The notes: generated by a model from the sequence alone, not told the origin. A stretch of 64,000 nt of DNA from Octopus vulgaris (GCA_951406725.2 OX597833.1:46996001-47060000), one strand, 5' to 3'. Shown: positions 25,049 through 39,465, counted from the stretch's first letter. Made by a program: numbers and translations.

Positions 25049-25744
25049 TTTCTTTATATAATTTTAAAAATCATTTTTATTAAAATTCTTTCTTAAATGT
25101 CTTAGACTTACTTCTGTGCTATTTCCACATCTTTTATATATAAAAAATTGATTTGTATAGATCTCTAATCTTTTTTCAACCTATATATATATATGTGTGT
25201 GCGCGCGCGTGTATGTATGTATGTATGTGTGTATGTATGTGTGTATGTGTGTATGTATGTATGTATGTATGTATGTATGTATGTATGTATGTTCACATAT
25301 ATATATTCTTTTATACGTTTCAGCGCTTAGGCTGCGGCCGTGTTACGTATGAATATATTATAAATGTATTTATATATTAAATGCTTGTTATTATGTGAAG
25401 TTATACACAAAAACAATTTAACATTACATATAAGAATTGTTCAGTACTTTTTAGTAGAGTACACATTTATTAAATTTTAGGTTGACTGACGGCTTGGAAA
25501 CCGAAAATTCGAAGTCACTGTTAATATTTTCGACAGACAGACAGACGGACGGACCGACAGATAGATAGGCATACTGGCTTACTTACACAAGTGTCTCCCC
25601 ACCGACTTTGTTTCCTCAGAACTTTCAGAAAAAATGGATATTTTTTAATGAGATTTTCTACAATTACCTTTCAGATGATGTAGATTCCAATTATATCGGA
25701 ATTCAATGCAAAAATATATTGGTATGGATTCACACGTACATATC

Positions 25745-25974
25745 TTCTTTTCTACCCACAAGGGGCTAAACACAGAAGGGACAAACAAGGACAGACAAAC
25801 GGATTAAGTCGATTATATCGACCCCAGTGCGTAACTGGTACTTATTTAATCGACCCCGAAAGGATGAAAGGCAAAGTCGACCTCGGCGGAATTTGAACTC
25901 AGAACTTGGCGGCAGACGAAATACCGCTAAGCATTTCGTCCGGCGTGCTAACGTTTCTGCCAGCTCGCCGCCTT
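25745..25974 (-). mobile_element. SINE family C monomer
   Basis: match to family; TSD-like TTCACRCGTACATA. Confidence 0.9.
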
Positions 25975-26420
25975 CACGCGTACATACCGACGTACGCTCT
26001 CCCTTTTGTGGACGTCCGGCAACCCCAAAACAAATGAGGCGCCGTCCAGTATAGCATGATTTTGGACGGGCTGGTGCGCCGACTGACATGTTTCCGCTTA
26101 GCCATCCAGCAGAGGCGTAGCCAAGTTCTAAAGTTGGTTGTAGTGAGCACATGAAAAAATAGGTGTGGTGACGCATACCAAACAATTTTGAATTCATTTG
26201 TCTTATGTTACGCAAAATATTTCATCAGTAATAATATACGTTATTGTGTTCTACATTCATTAATTTCAATGTTTCATGTTTTAGTAAAAATGCCGTTATG
26301 TATGTAACTTATAACTTCTGATGTAGGTAACCATAGTTATAAAAATGTTGGAAAAGGCACCAATTTTGAAAAATGTGTTCGAGGTGAGGATGGTCGCTCC
26401 CTTTGCTTCCTTATTAGATA

Positions 26421-27017
26421 TACCTATTTCTTTATTACCCACAAGGGGCTAAACATAGAGGGGACAAACAAGGACAGACATAGGTATTAAGTCGATTACA
26501 TCGACCCTAGTGCGTAACTGGTACTTAATTTATCGACCCCGAAAGGATGAAAGGCAAAGTCGACCTCGGCGGAATTTGAACTCAGAACGTAGCGGCAGAC
26601 GAAATACCTATTTCTTTATTTCCCACAAGGGGCTAAACACAGAGGGGACAAACAAGGACAGACATAGGTATTAAGTCGATTACATCGACCCTAGTGCGTA
26701 ACTGGTACTTAATTTATCGACCCCCAAAGGATGAAAGGCAAAGTCGACCTCGGCGGAATTTGAACTCAGAACGTAGCGGCAGACGAAATACCTTTTTCTT
26801 TATTTCCCACAAGGGGCTAAACACAGAGGGGACAAACAAGGACAGACATGGGTATTAAGTCGATTACATCGACCCCAGTGCGTAACTGATACTTTATTTA
26901 TCGACCCCGAAAGGATGAAAGGCAAAGTCGACCTCGGCGGAATTCGAACTCACAACGTAACGCAGACGAAATACCGCCAAGCATTTCGCCCGGCGTGCTA
27001 ACGTTTCAGCCAGCTCG
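26421..27017 (-). mobile_element. SINE family C trimer
   Basis: three 184-bp body units plus head; TSD TTAGATATACC at 26414-26424 and 27022-27032. Confidence 0.9.
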
Positions 27018-27245
27018 TATGTTAGATATACCACTGCCTCCCAACCCCACACAGCAAAGAATAAATAAGTCCTGGGGTCGATTTGCTCGACTAAAGGCGG
27101 TGCTCCAGCATGGCCGCAGTCAAATGACTGAAACAAGTAAAAGAGTAAATATTAACAGGAGGGCTGTTTTGTTTTTGTTTTTGTTTATTTCCTTTGTTTT
27201 GTTTTTTTCCATTTGGAAGGTTTGTATAAGTGAATGTACAATAAG

Positions 27246-27633
27246 TGGAGGTGCAATGGCTCAGTGGTTAGGGCAGCGGACTCGCGGTCATAGGATCGCG
27301 GTTTCGATTCCCAGACCGGGCGTTGTGAGTGTTTATTGAGCGAAAACACCTAAAGCTCTACGAGGCTCCGGCAGGGGATGGTGGTGATCCCTGCTGTACT
27401 CTTTCACCACAACTTTCTCTCACTCTTACTTCCTGTTTCTGTTGTACCTGTATTTCAAAGGGCCGGCCTTGTCACTCTCTGTGTCACGCTGAATATTCCC
27501 GAGAACTACGTTAAGGGTACACGTGTCTGTGGAGTGCTCAGCCACTTACACGTTAATTTCACGAGCAGGCTGTTCCGTTGATTCGGATCAACCGGAACCC
27601 TCGTCGTCGTAACCGACGGAGTGCTTCCACCAC
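27246..27633 (+). mobile_element. SINE family A, tail type 1
   Basis: complete tRNA head TGGAGGTGCAATGGCTCAGTGG..GTTTCGATTCC. Confidence 0.9.
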
Positions 27634-28136
27634 AATGATAAATAAAACAAGTCAGATACAACAGGCAAACGTTAAGCATGTAATCAAGCTGAAACTAATG
27701 TCAGGAAGGAAGGCTAAAAAGTGGAAACGATGTTACAACATTTAGTAACTAATTAGTAATTAAATAAATTAAATATCTTCACTGATATAGAAATTCGACA
27801 TTAATAGAAGAAATTGCTGGAAGCCAAGTACACAAATGTGTATTCGCGTACTTCGTCGTTACTTAAACATATACACACGTGTATGTAAATCTCTCTATAT
27901 ATAAGCTTTTATCCCTTCTTGCCTTCCTATTTCTCTCTCTCTCTCCCTCTCTGTCTCTGCTTGCTGATCAATTGTTTTTGTCCCATTTTGTCTCATTCCT
28001 GTTTTTATTCGTTACTGTTTCCAATTTTATCTTCGTCTCTTGTTTTCCTATTCGTCTCTGTTGTCACATTCTTTCCTTCTACCAAGCAAATCTAATGCCC
28101 ATAGCTTAGCTTTTCCTTGGGGCTGGCCGTTTTGGA

Positions 28137-28204
28137 GCAAATCTCAGAATTAAACAGCCGAAATTTGCCATGATGAATCGGTTTCTGACTGAAGAATGAA
28201 GGCT
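28137..28204 (+). ncRNA. candidate non-circularly permuted hammerhead (family 1, in element 27965-28256)
   Basis: GCAAAT-C-TCAGAA..AGCC-GAA-ATTTGC..TTCTGA-CTGAAGA-ATGAA-GGCT; perfect 6-bp stems I and III. Confidence 0.7.
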
Positions 28205-28266
28205 CTGAATGACTGTCTGTGTTCCGTGTTCGTCAATTCGTGAATTTCACGTTCTTTATATATAAA

Positions 28267-28345
<79 letters not shown>

Positions 28346-28656
28346 GTGAGTAGGTGGAATTTTAAGAGTTTAATTTAGAAGTGAAGTTACCAGGAAATAC
28401 TGAAATAAGAAAATATAAACATAATATTCGCTTAACAATTAAGTTATTCTCTAGAGAAAAATTTTGTGGATTTAAGAGCTGTACAGGTACGAGCATGTTC
28501 ATACCTTACATACACACACACGCACACACACACACATAGAGGCAATGTTTCGGTATTAGTATATGACGTCAGTCTCGTGGGTGAGTGTTTATGTTTGACA
28601 GTTCAGACACTTAACACTTACTCATGATGTCCCATACTTTTACCGAAAGATATATA

Positions 28657-29075
28657 TACTCTTTTACTTGTTTCAGCCATTTGACTGTGGCCATACTGGA
28701 GCTCCGCCTTTAGTCGAGCAAATCGACACCAGGACTTATTCTTTGTAAGCCTATTACTTATTCTATCGGTGTCTTTTGTCGAACCGCTAAGTTACGGACA
28801 TGTAAACTTACCAGCATCGGTTGTCAAGCGATGTTGGAGGGACAAACACAGACACACAAATGTACACACACACACACACACACATACATATATATATGTA
28901 TATATACATACATATATACGACGGGCTTCTTTCAATTTCCGTCTACCAAATACACTCACAAGGCTTTAGTCGGCCCAAAGCTATAGTAGAAGACACTTGC
29001 CCAAGGTGCCACGCAGTGGGACTGAACCCGGAATCATGTGGTTCGTAAGCAAGCTACTTACCACAAAGCCACTCC
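28657..29075 (-). mobile_element. SINE family B
   Basis: full-length match. Confidence 0.9.
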
Positions 29076-29090
29076 GACATATATATATAT

Positions 29091-29439
29091 ATGCGTCGTC
29101 CTTTTCAAGTCTAGCTAGACTCATGGGCCCGGTTTCCCGGTTTCTGTGACGTATGTGTCACCCCCACCACCATTTGACTGTGGCCATGCTGGAGCTCCGC
29201 CTTTAGTCGAGCAAATCGACCCCAGTCCATCGCAGCGTTACTCAAGAAACAGGAAGAAAATGTGAAAGAGAGTTGGGGCGAAAGAGTACAACAGGAGTCA
29301 CCACCATCCCCTTTGCCGGAGCCTCGTGGAGCTTTAAGTGTTTTTTGCCCAATAAACACACACAGTGCCCGGTCTGGGAATCGAAACCGCGATCCTCCGA
29401 CCGCGAGTCCGCTGCCCTAACCACAGGGCCATTGCGCCT
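29091..29439 (-). mobile_element. SINE family A, tail type 2, with a 55-bp insert
   Basis: match to 17706-18014; foreign segment 29171-29225. Confidence 0.85.
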
Positions 29440-29913
29440 ACACACACACACACACACACAAAGATATAGAAATGGGTATTAGGTACTAGGGCAAGCCAAT
29501 GTCAAAGAGGTTGAGATCGGTAAGCTATGACTTTCCAGCAGTTGCAAAGTAGGAAATAAGAAAACGTCGCCCTATTTACTCCTTCCCCACATTTCTATCA
29601 CTGACACACGCATATATCTACAAAAATACACGCACGCAACGAAACAGCTGTTACGTAATCGCATTCATTGCCTTACAACTGTTTCTGCTTTATTTTGAAC
29701 AGTATATCCAGAGATGAATGCCACATTGAGATATCTACTTTCATCAGAACCTTAACATGAAATGTTCCTTCATTGAGGAAATCATTTAAATATATATCAC
29801 TATATTTCCTCACACATACATGTATATCTGAGTATATTACATATCTATGTACATACATACAAACACACATAACAAATATGTATGTGTAAATATATGTACA
29901 TATATATATTGCA

Positions 29914-30367
29914 TAGGCGTAGGAGTGGCTGTGTGGTAAGTAGCTTGCTTACGAACCACATGGTTCCGGGTTCAGTCCCACTGCGTGGCACCTTGGGCAA
30001 GTGTCGACCAAAGCCTTGTGAGTTGATTTGGAAGACGGAAACTGAAAGAAGCCCGTCGTATATGTGTATATATATGTGTGTGTGTGTGTTTGCCCCCCCC
30101 CCCAACATCGCTTGACAACCGATGCTGGTGTGTTTACGTCCCCGTAACTTAGCGGTTCGGCAAAAGAGAATCGATAGAATAAGTACTAGGCTTACTAGGT
30201 CGATTTGCAAATCCATTCATTATTACACGTGACACCTAAGTTGTTAGTACCTGCCACTTTCATATCCTATTATCTTTATAAACATATACACATGCATATA
30301 AAAATAGGCGGTGCTCCAGCATGGCCACAGTCAAATGACTGAAACAAGTAAAAGAGAGAGTGAGAGT
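29914..30367 (+). mobile_element. SINE family B with a 97-bp insert
   Basis: match to family; foreign segment 30207-30303. Confidence 0.85.
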
Positions 30368-30532
30368 ATACGCGCATTTGGTATTGTTGTTCGACTTCGG
30401 TGAGACATTTGCTGCTGTTGGGAATTCTATGCATTCAGAGTCGATTTTATTGATAATATTGGATTGACTGGGTTTTCAAGTTTCGATATTAACACTTTAT
30501 TCAACTATGCGTGTGTATGTGTGTATACGCAC

Positions 30533-30573
<41 letters not shown>

Positions 30574-30584
30574 TACACAAATGC

Positions 30585-30615
<31 letters not shown>

Positions 30616-30752
30616 TGTATGTACATTATACTTATACGTCTGTGTTTCCCTCTCCCTCCGCCCTCTCTCTCTGTATATATATATATATATACACACACAC
30701 ACATGTATATATAGTCCTACCTATGCCGGCATAGAAGACGGACATTAAACGA

Positions 30753-31181
<429 letters not shown>

Positions 31182-32641
31182 TTGCTAAATAGACAGAGAT
31201 AACTAATTATTCTACAAAGAAAGACGTAAGTAAATAATTACCTTATAATTAAATAAATGCACCGATAATTAATTTAGAGATAAATGTTTTCTCAAGTCAA
31301 ATCGTGCAAAAAAAGAAACAGCCTACACTTTGTACACAAATATCCGAATATATTCTATTGTGCTTTGGCACAAAGCCACTCATTTTAAAACTAAAAGTAC
31401 AATCAATAAAAATAATAACAAACAAGAAAAGTGTTTTCTAAGTTGTCAAGCAAATCCATTCATTATTACACGTGACACCTAAGTTGTTAGTACCTGCCAC
31501 TTTCATATCCTATTATCTTTATAAACATATACACATGCATATAAATATATATGGGATAATCAACTGTTCTTACCTGTGGAAAACGACGCTGTAAATCCAA
31601 ATTAAAACGTTTCTGGTATATATATATGCATATATATAAATGTATATAATTATATGTTTTTATTCACAAGATTTTTAATTTCTTTCGAAAAATTTTACGA
31701 TTTAAAATTTTAAGATCTTATTTGATACTGCGTATTTCCGGATTTTTTTTGTTCTTTTCGATAATTTGTTTTTATTGTTACCGTTTTGATGATAACTAAA
31801 CATAATACACATTAAAAGTTGTCAAAATTTAGTCTCCTCGATGTAGTAGTCATCAGCAGAAGTTCAAGCTATCCCTTCAAGTATATAATGTGCCTTTAAA
31901 ACCACCTGTGGATAAATGTTACCTTAGTAGGTGACTATTTCAAATATTTTAGATATGTCCTTATACTGCTCGGTCAATATCCTTTCTCTTTACTATATCG
32001 TAATGTTCATATTTCCTGCTCCTACTATAGTGTAATGTTCATTAATGAAATAAATAAAATAACATATTTTCCCGGTCGTTTATCGTCGCAGAAACAGAGA
32101 GAGGGAAAATTATAAGGAAACAAAATTCGATCAAACATCCTATAATATCGTCGTTCTTTACAACACAACTAGCGAGCTAGCTTACAAAACTAAACTAAAC
32201 TAACCTGTCTGTATACTACCGCCACTTTAACTTCTCATGCTATCACCTGACCTAATAACTTCAGTTATTTCTTTTTATCTTTACAGGTGAGAGACATATT
32301 TACGCTATGTCGCTCGGGATAACATTTTTTTTTATATATATATAAATTTTCGACATGTTTCTTTCTATATTTGCTAGTAGTAGTGGCTACTTGATCCATT
32401 GTGCTACACACACACACATAACAGTTAAGTAGACAAGCAGGTTTTTAGTGTATGTTTGTTAAAAAAGAAAATAAGGAAAAAAAAAAATGAAAAACAAAAC
32501 AAATAAAGCTCCGATTGGTAAGTGAAGAAGATAAAATAACACATCTAGAGCTGGTAGCAGCACAGTATCTATGTATACATCATACATCTGTACGCTCACT
32601 CAGACTTGCATGCGCCTAAAAATACTAAATCATACATGCGC

Positions 32642-32747
<106 letters not shown>

Positions 32748-32769
32748 ATATATATATATATATATATAT

Positions 32770-32838
<69 letters not shown>

Positions 32839-33149
32839 CAGATAGATAACCTTCTTTATTAGCCACACAGGGCCGGACACTGAGGGGACAAAATACAATC
32901 TAGAGCTTTTCTTTTATATATATATATATATATGCATGTACGTATGTATACAGAGAGGGAGAGAGAGAGACAGACAGACAGACAGCTGTATATAAATACG
33001 TGTGTGCTCATGTGTATATCAAATCACATCGGACGAAACATTGGCAAGTGTCTTCTATAGTCCCGGGTCGATCGAAGCTTTTTTACAGCGATTTTATAGA
33101 CGGATACTGAAAGAAGTTCGTCGTGTATACGCGCGTGTGTGTGTGTGTG

Positions 33150-33237
<88 letters not shown>

Positions 33238-33238
<1 letters not shown>

Positions 33239-33610
33239 GAGTAGGAGTGGCTGTGTGGTAAGTAGCTTGCTTACGAACCACATGGTACCGAGTTCAGTCC
33301 CACTGCGTGACATCTTGGGCAAGTGTCTTCTACTATAGCCTCGGGCCGACCAGACGGAAACTAAAAGAAGCCCGCCGTATATATATGTATGTGTGTGTGT
33401 GTGTATGTTTGTGTGTCTGTGTTTGTCCCCCAACATCGCTTAACAACCGATGCTGGTGTATTTACGACCCCGTAACTTAGCGGTTCGGTAAAAAGAGACC
33501 GATAGAATAAGTACTAGGCTTACAAAGAATAAGTCCTGGGGTTGATTTATTCGACTAAAGGCATTGCTCCAGCATGGCCACAGTCAAATGACTGAAACAA
33601 GTAAAAGAGT
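33238..33610 (+). mobile_element. SINE family B
   Basis: match with a small internal deletion. Confidence 0.9.
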
Positions 33611-33619
33611 ATATATATA

Positions 33620-34129
33620 TATTGTTGTATTTAGGAATGGCCAGTTTAGCCAATAAAAACATACGCACTATATTATTTGGTGTTACTTTGCTTCAGCGTT
33701 TATTCTTTCTTTACATTAATCTTAATCTTATTTCCCCCAGAGTTATTTTGTCACACTTCTGTGACCTCATCAGTGGTCCTTTGCTTTCTTCTTTCTTTTT
33801 GTGTGTCTCTCCTTACTAACGGTCAGCCATTTTGTAATTTGTATTCCTATTGTATGTGTCTTCATTTGCGCATGCGTATACCTCTATATGTGTCTATGTT
33901 AGTGTGTGTGTGTGTGTGTGACGAGGTCACAGGAGTGTGACGAAAGAACTCTGGCCGAAATAAGATTAAGATTAATGTAAAGAAGGAATAGCGCTGAAGC
34001 AAAGTAACACCAAATATATAGTGCGTGTGTTTTTATTGCCTAAACTGGCAAAATGACCATTCCAAAATACCATATCTGTTTCAACACACGATTTCACATC
34101 AAAAATCTTGCAAAACAAATATATAAACG

Positions 34130-34130
<1 letters not shown>
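33620..34130. mobile_element. fold-back Penelope-type element with an HHR in both arms
   Basis: arms 33620-33772/33919-34078; HHR consensus CCA-CTGAYGA-G-GTCACA-GRAG-TGTGAC-GAAA-GAAC-TC-TGG at 33735-33779(-) and 33918-33956(+). Confidence 0.7.
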
Positions 34131-34196
<66 letters not shown>

Positions 34197-34404
34197 TATA
34201 TGTATGTGCGTGTGTCCCACACCGTTTGACAACCGTTGTTGGTTTGTTTACGTCCCCTGTCACTTAGCAGTTCGACAAATAGATACTGATATAAGTACAA
34301 ACACTGTGATCGATTTGCTCGACTAAATCCTTCAGGTCAGTACCTCAGCATGGTCGAAGTATGACTGAAACAAAAGATAAACTATAAAGAAAAATATGAT
34401 AATA

Positions 34405-34704
34405 ATAATCCTTTCTACTACAGACATAAGGCCTGAAATTTGAGGGGAGGGGACGAGTCGATTACATCGACTCTAGTGCGTATCTGGTACATAATTCATC
34501 GATCCCGAAAGGATGAAAGGCAAAGTTGACCTCACCAGAATTTGAACTCAGAACATAAAGACAGACGAAATACCTATTTCTTTACTACCCACAAGGGGCT
34601 AAACACGGAGGGGACAAACGGATTAAGTCGATTACATCCACCCCAATGCGTAATTGGTACTTAATTTATCGATCCCGAAAGTATGAAAGGCAAAGTTGTA
34701 CTTC
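34405..34704 (-). mobile_element. SINE family C, partial dimer
   Basis: match to family. Confidence 0.8.
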
Positions 34705-35252
34705 GGTAAGTAGCTTGCTTATGAACCACATGGTTCTGGGTTCAGTCCCATTGTGTGACACCTTGGGCAAGTGTCTCCTACTATAGCCTCGGGCCGACCA
34801 AACCCTTGTGAGTGAATTTGGTTGAAGGAAACTGAAAGAAGCCCGTCGTATATATGCATATATATATATATATAAAATGGGACAAGAACGCAAAACATCC
34901 GGACAACTAGATGATACAAAAAGGGGACAATAAAACATCCAGAAAGACGATACAAAGAAAACAAGGACGGGTCATTCGAAGTTTTCTATCTTCAGTCAAG
35001 AACCAGATTACCCTCGCAATTTCGGCTCTGTGTGTGTGTGCGTGTGTATGTGTGTGTGTGTCTGTGTTTGTCTCCCCCATCATCGCTTGACAACCGATGC
35101 TGGTGTGTTTACGTCCCCCGTAACTTAACGGTTCGGCAAAAGAGACCGTTTAGCATAAGTACTAGGCTTACAAAGAATAAGTCCTGGGATAGATTTGCTC
35201 GACTAAAGGCGGTGCTCCAGCATGGCCACAGTCAAACGACTGAAACAAGTAA
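34705..35252 (+). mobile_element. SINE family B carrying a permuted-HHR family 1 fragment (34873-35027, minus) in its central microsatellite
   Basis: SINE halves 34705-34850 and 35030-35252; insert reads AGCCGAAATTGC..TTCTTGACTGAAGA on the minus strand. Confidence 0.8.
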
Positions 35253-35748
35253 AAAAAAAACCCAAAAAACATACAAAGATAGCACTCTGAGCTAACCTAG
35301 GATTAAATGTTCAACATCTCTTTGCACGAGTGCAAAAACACTGAAAAAAAAGATAACTAATTAATTAAAATAATGTCCAGGCAGTCTCTTTTTTTACTCT
35401 TCATTAATTAATTAGTGAAGTAATTGCTTAAAAGGTCACATTTATTTCACCTCATTATCATGAACCTGCATTGTCTCCGAGTCAACTTGGGACTAATCTC
35501 TCTTGAAGATCTTCAAAACTATTGTCTTATATACATAATCTCATCAACGGCTGTTATTTAACCCCAGGTAAGCTTTGATCGGGCAGACATGTTGAAAGGC
35601 ATTCGGACATCCCAGTTGTAATCATCGTGTCTCTTTTTCTACTTTTTTTCAGGCTTGGTTTAACCTGGTTTATGCTGACCAAAAATGCCTTCCTCATTTT
35701 GATTGTTTTTTATTTTTTATCTTTATTTCTTATTTTTAAAGATGGTAT

Positions 35749-36163
35749 ACTCTCTTTTACTCTTTTACTTGTTTCAGTCATTTGACTGCGGCCATGCTGG
35801 AGCACCGCCTTTAGTCGAGCAAATCGACCCCGGGACTTATTTTTTGTAAGCCCAGTACTTATTCAATCGGTCTCTTTTGCCGAACCGCGAAGTGACGGGG
35901 ACGTAAACACACCAGCATCGGTTGTCAAGCAATGCTAGGGGGACAAACACTGACACACAAACACACACATACATATATATACATATATATACATATATAC
36001 GACAGGCTTCTTTCAGTTTCCGTCTATCAAATCCACTCACAAGGCATTGGTCGACCCGGGGCTATAACAGAAGACACTTGCCCAAGATGCCACGCAGTGG
36101 GACTGAACCCGGAACCATGTGGTTGGTTAGCAAGCTACTTACCACACAGCCACTCCTGCGCCT
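35749..36163 (-). mobile_element. SINE family B
   Basis: full-length match. Confidence 0.9.
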
Positions 36164-36870
36164 ATATATGATGTGAGTTCAGAGAGATTTCGCTGCCAGA
36201 TTTAGCAAGTCAAGTGACCATGTAGAGCTAAGGGGGGAGGAGAGAGAGAACTTTTTGAATACGGTGTAACTACATGTCGGCGTACAGTCTCGTCGTCTGT
36301 GACTAGAAAAAAGTCGCAGGAAAAGTCAGTTTTAGCCAAGAGAAAAATCACCAGCGAAGTTTCGGAATAGTTTACCCACATAACTTGGAGTTTCTCCGAT
36401 TTCGCAGGAATTTTTCAAGCATTTTTTTTATACCACGCACTTCAAAATAACCGGAGGAAGCCTTTTATGAAAAAAAAAAAAATCATTTTTTAAACATCCC
36501 CCCCCCCATCCCGTAACTTCACGATAGCCATCACCATTAAAAACATGTTTTCCCCTCTCATTAGATTTCATATTCTAAAAAACATGTAATGCCAAAAAAG
36601 CCACATTTTATTTAAATACCATGAACACTTAAAGAACGAAAACTAAAATATATGTACAAAATTACGTTACAAAATATGTCTTAAGAAAGTTATGAAGAAC
36701 CAAAATCGGTTGGGTCACCAAATTGTAGAACAGAAGATAAATTTGAAATACGTAAGATGTGGAAACAAATAAAAAAGAAGGGGAAATCTTTAATTTTATC
36801 TGTTCCTAGGTTTGCTTCTTATAATAAATCATTGGTTTGGTTTTATTGTCATATAAGTTTTTATAAACTT

Positions 36871-37286
36871 AAGGCGGCGAGCTGGCAGAAACGTTAGCAC
36901 GCCGGGCGAAATGCTTAGCGGTATTTCGTCTGCCGTTACGTTCTGAGTTCAAATTCCGCCGAGGTCGACTTTGCCTTTCATCCTTTCGGGGTCGATAAAT
37001 TAAGTACCAGTTACGCACTGGAGTCGATGGAATCGACTTAATACCTATGTCTGTCCTTGTTTGTCCCATCTGTGTTTAGCCCCTTGTGGGTAATAAAGAA
37101 ATAGGTATTTCGTCTGCCGTTACGTTCTGGGTTCAAATTCCGCCGAGGTCGACTTTGCCTTTCATCCTTTCGGAGTCGATAAATTAAGTACCAGTTACGC
37201 ACTAGGGTCGATGTGATCGACTTAATCCGTTTGTCTGTCCTTGTTTGTCCCCTCTGTGTTTAGCCCCTTGTGGGTTATAAAGAAAC
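36871..37286 (+). mobile_element. SINE family C dimer
   Basis: head plus two body units; junction GAAATAGGTATTTC. Confidence 0.9.
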
Positions 37287-37892
37287 ATATAGGTTTTTAA
37301 ACTTCGTGAGCAGACTGTTTCTTATTTCTTTATTACCCACAAGGAGCTAAACATAGAGGGGACAAACAAGGACAGACAAAGGGATTAAGTCGATTACACC
37401 GACCCCAGTGCAAAACTGGTTCTCTTGATGACAATGCTTCATCATTGCTTGCACTGAAGAAAAAAAAAAATTGAAGAAAAATTGTCTGGATGTTTTATAA
37501 CGTGCTGTGTTAAGTGGTCGCGAGACATGTAGAAATAGCAGCCAAATCTTTCTCAAATTACATTATGCCGTCTAAAAAGAGAAAAGAAAAGGAAGGACAT
37601 ATTAGACAGTGTCTTAGATCAAACACAAGCAATTATTTTCGAGGAGCGGCCTGCAGTTGACATTGTTTACCATCAAGCAGGTCACATTACTAAAAAATTC
37701 AAGGTAATTTTTAAAAATTTTTATTAGGCGTGCCATTTAGAAAGCTTCGCGGGCCGCAGTTTGCCAGTGATTTTCCTAGATCTACGAAGAACACAAAACA
37801 GCAATGGTTGGGATGTCTTTGATTAAACTTGGGAATAATTGACTTTTGTACCATTTTTGCGTGCTGTAGCCATTTACCTTTCACCGTGCAGT

Positions 37893-38135
37893 CTGACCCT
37901 AACCCTAATGCTAAACCTAATCATGAACCTTAACCCTAACCCTAATCCCTAATCTTAACCTCAACTATGAAGCCTATAATCTTAACCCTAAGCCCTAACT
38001 CTAATCCGAACCAAGATCAGACTGCGGATGTTACATGCTAAAGTAGCCATTTACACTTCAGCGTGTATCTGACTCTTTAAATCTAACCTTAATCCTAAAC
38101 GTTAACCCTAAACCCAAACTCTGATCCGAACCCGA
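37893..38135. repeat. degenerate telomere-like (CCCTAA)n within a short duplicated unit
   Basis: CCCTAA runs; TAGCCATTTAC..TCTGAC repeated twice. Confidence 0.7.
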
Positions 38136-38269
38136 GTCAGATCATTTCATAGCATAGATTGCGGATACTGCGGTTGATCGCATGCTACAATAACGCCATA
38201 GCTTTTGCATTCATATCTTCATGACCTAACCTTCTCGACTACGTCAAGAAACATAATTTCAGTTATGGT

Positions 38270-38445
38270 GTAGGAGTGGCTGTGTGGTAAGTAACTTGCT
38301 TACCAACCACATGGTTCCGGGTTCAGTCCCACTGCGTGACACCTTGGGCAAGTGTCTTTTACTATAGCCTCGGGCCGACCAAAGCCTTGTGAGTGGATTT
38401 GGTAGACGGAAACTGGGAAACTGAAAGAAGCCCGTCGTATATATG

Positions 38446-38506
<61 letters not shown>

Positions 38507-38694
38507 GTGTGTATGTCTGTGTCTGTGTTTGTCCCCCAACATCGCTTGACAACCGATGCTGGTGTGTTTACGTCCCCGTAACTTAGCGGTTCGGCAAAAG
38601 TTACTGATAGAATAAGTACTAGGCTTACAAAGAATAAATCCTGGGATCGATTCCAGCATGGCCACAGTCAAATGACTGAAACAAGTAAAAGAGT
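38270..38694 (+). mobile_element. SINE family B
   Basis: full-length match. Confidence 0.9.
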
Positions 38695-39199
38695 TATCTA
38701 TATCCTTCTGTTATAACCATTTCCATCCAGAGAGGTGGGATTTTTTTTCTGTTCGGCCGATTATAAACTAGAAATATTTCATGTAAAAAGCACATTCCTA
38801 TGGATAAATAAATAAATAGATAAATAAATACGCGCTACGTTACCTAACACCTGTGTCCTCTAACAAGGATAAGGCATAATATATATACATGTTTATATAT
38901 ATTTATATATATATATATAACCTGGTTTGTTGTAATCTGATAATTATGAACGAGAAGATACTGCATATATATGTGTGTGCCTGTGTATGAGTGCACACGT
39001 ACGTGCGGGCCTCTGTGTGTGTGTGTGTGTGTGTGTGGTCAAAATAACATCTGAACAGTGTTTTTCAAAGTTACACTACACTTCACAGCTGCTGTCTCAA
39101 CAGAGTTTATACATTATCATGGGGAAAGAAGAAGTGGAAAAAGTTCGTATCGCGTATCGTACGTAGCACAGCAGCAAGATTATCTCCATAATGAATAGA

Positions 39200-39230
<31 letters not shown>

Positions 39231-39420
39231 ATAGATAAATAAAACACTTTCAATTTGTTAGCTTTTACAACTTTGCTACTGTACTGCAAAGATACAGAGT
39301 TTTGCATTTGGTTTGTGAGATTGTTGATGTGAACTCGTGTGTTGGAACAGACTTTGCTGTATCTCAGGAGTGGGGGGATCACTATGCCAACAACAAACAC
39401 ATGCACGGGTTCTATTTCAC

Positions 39421-39462
<42 letters not shown>

Positions 39463-39465
<3 letters not shown>

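Noticed and set aside
26421-26975. CRISPR-like regular repeats
   Set aside because: Whole 184-bp units repeat with no unique spacers; eukaryotic context and no cas genes
27246-27320. tRNA-like sequence
   Set aside because: SINE head: no proper acceptor stem, and it continues into the SINE body
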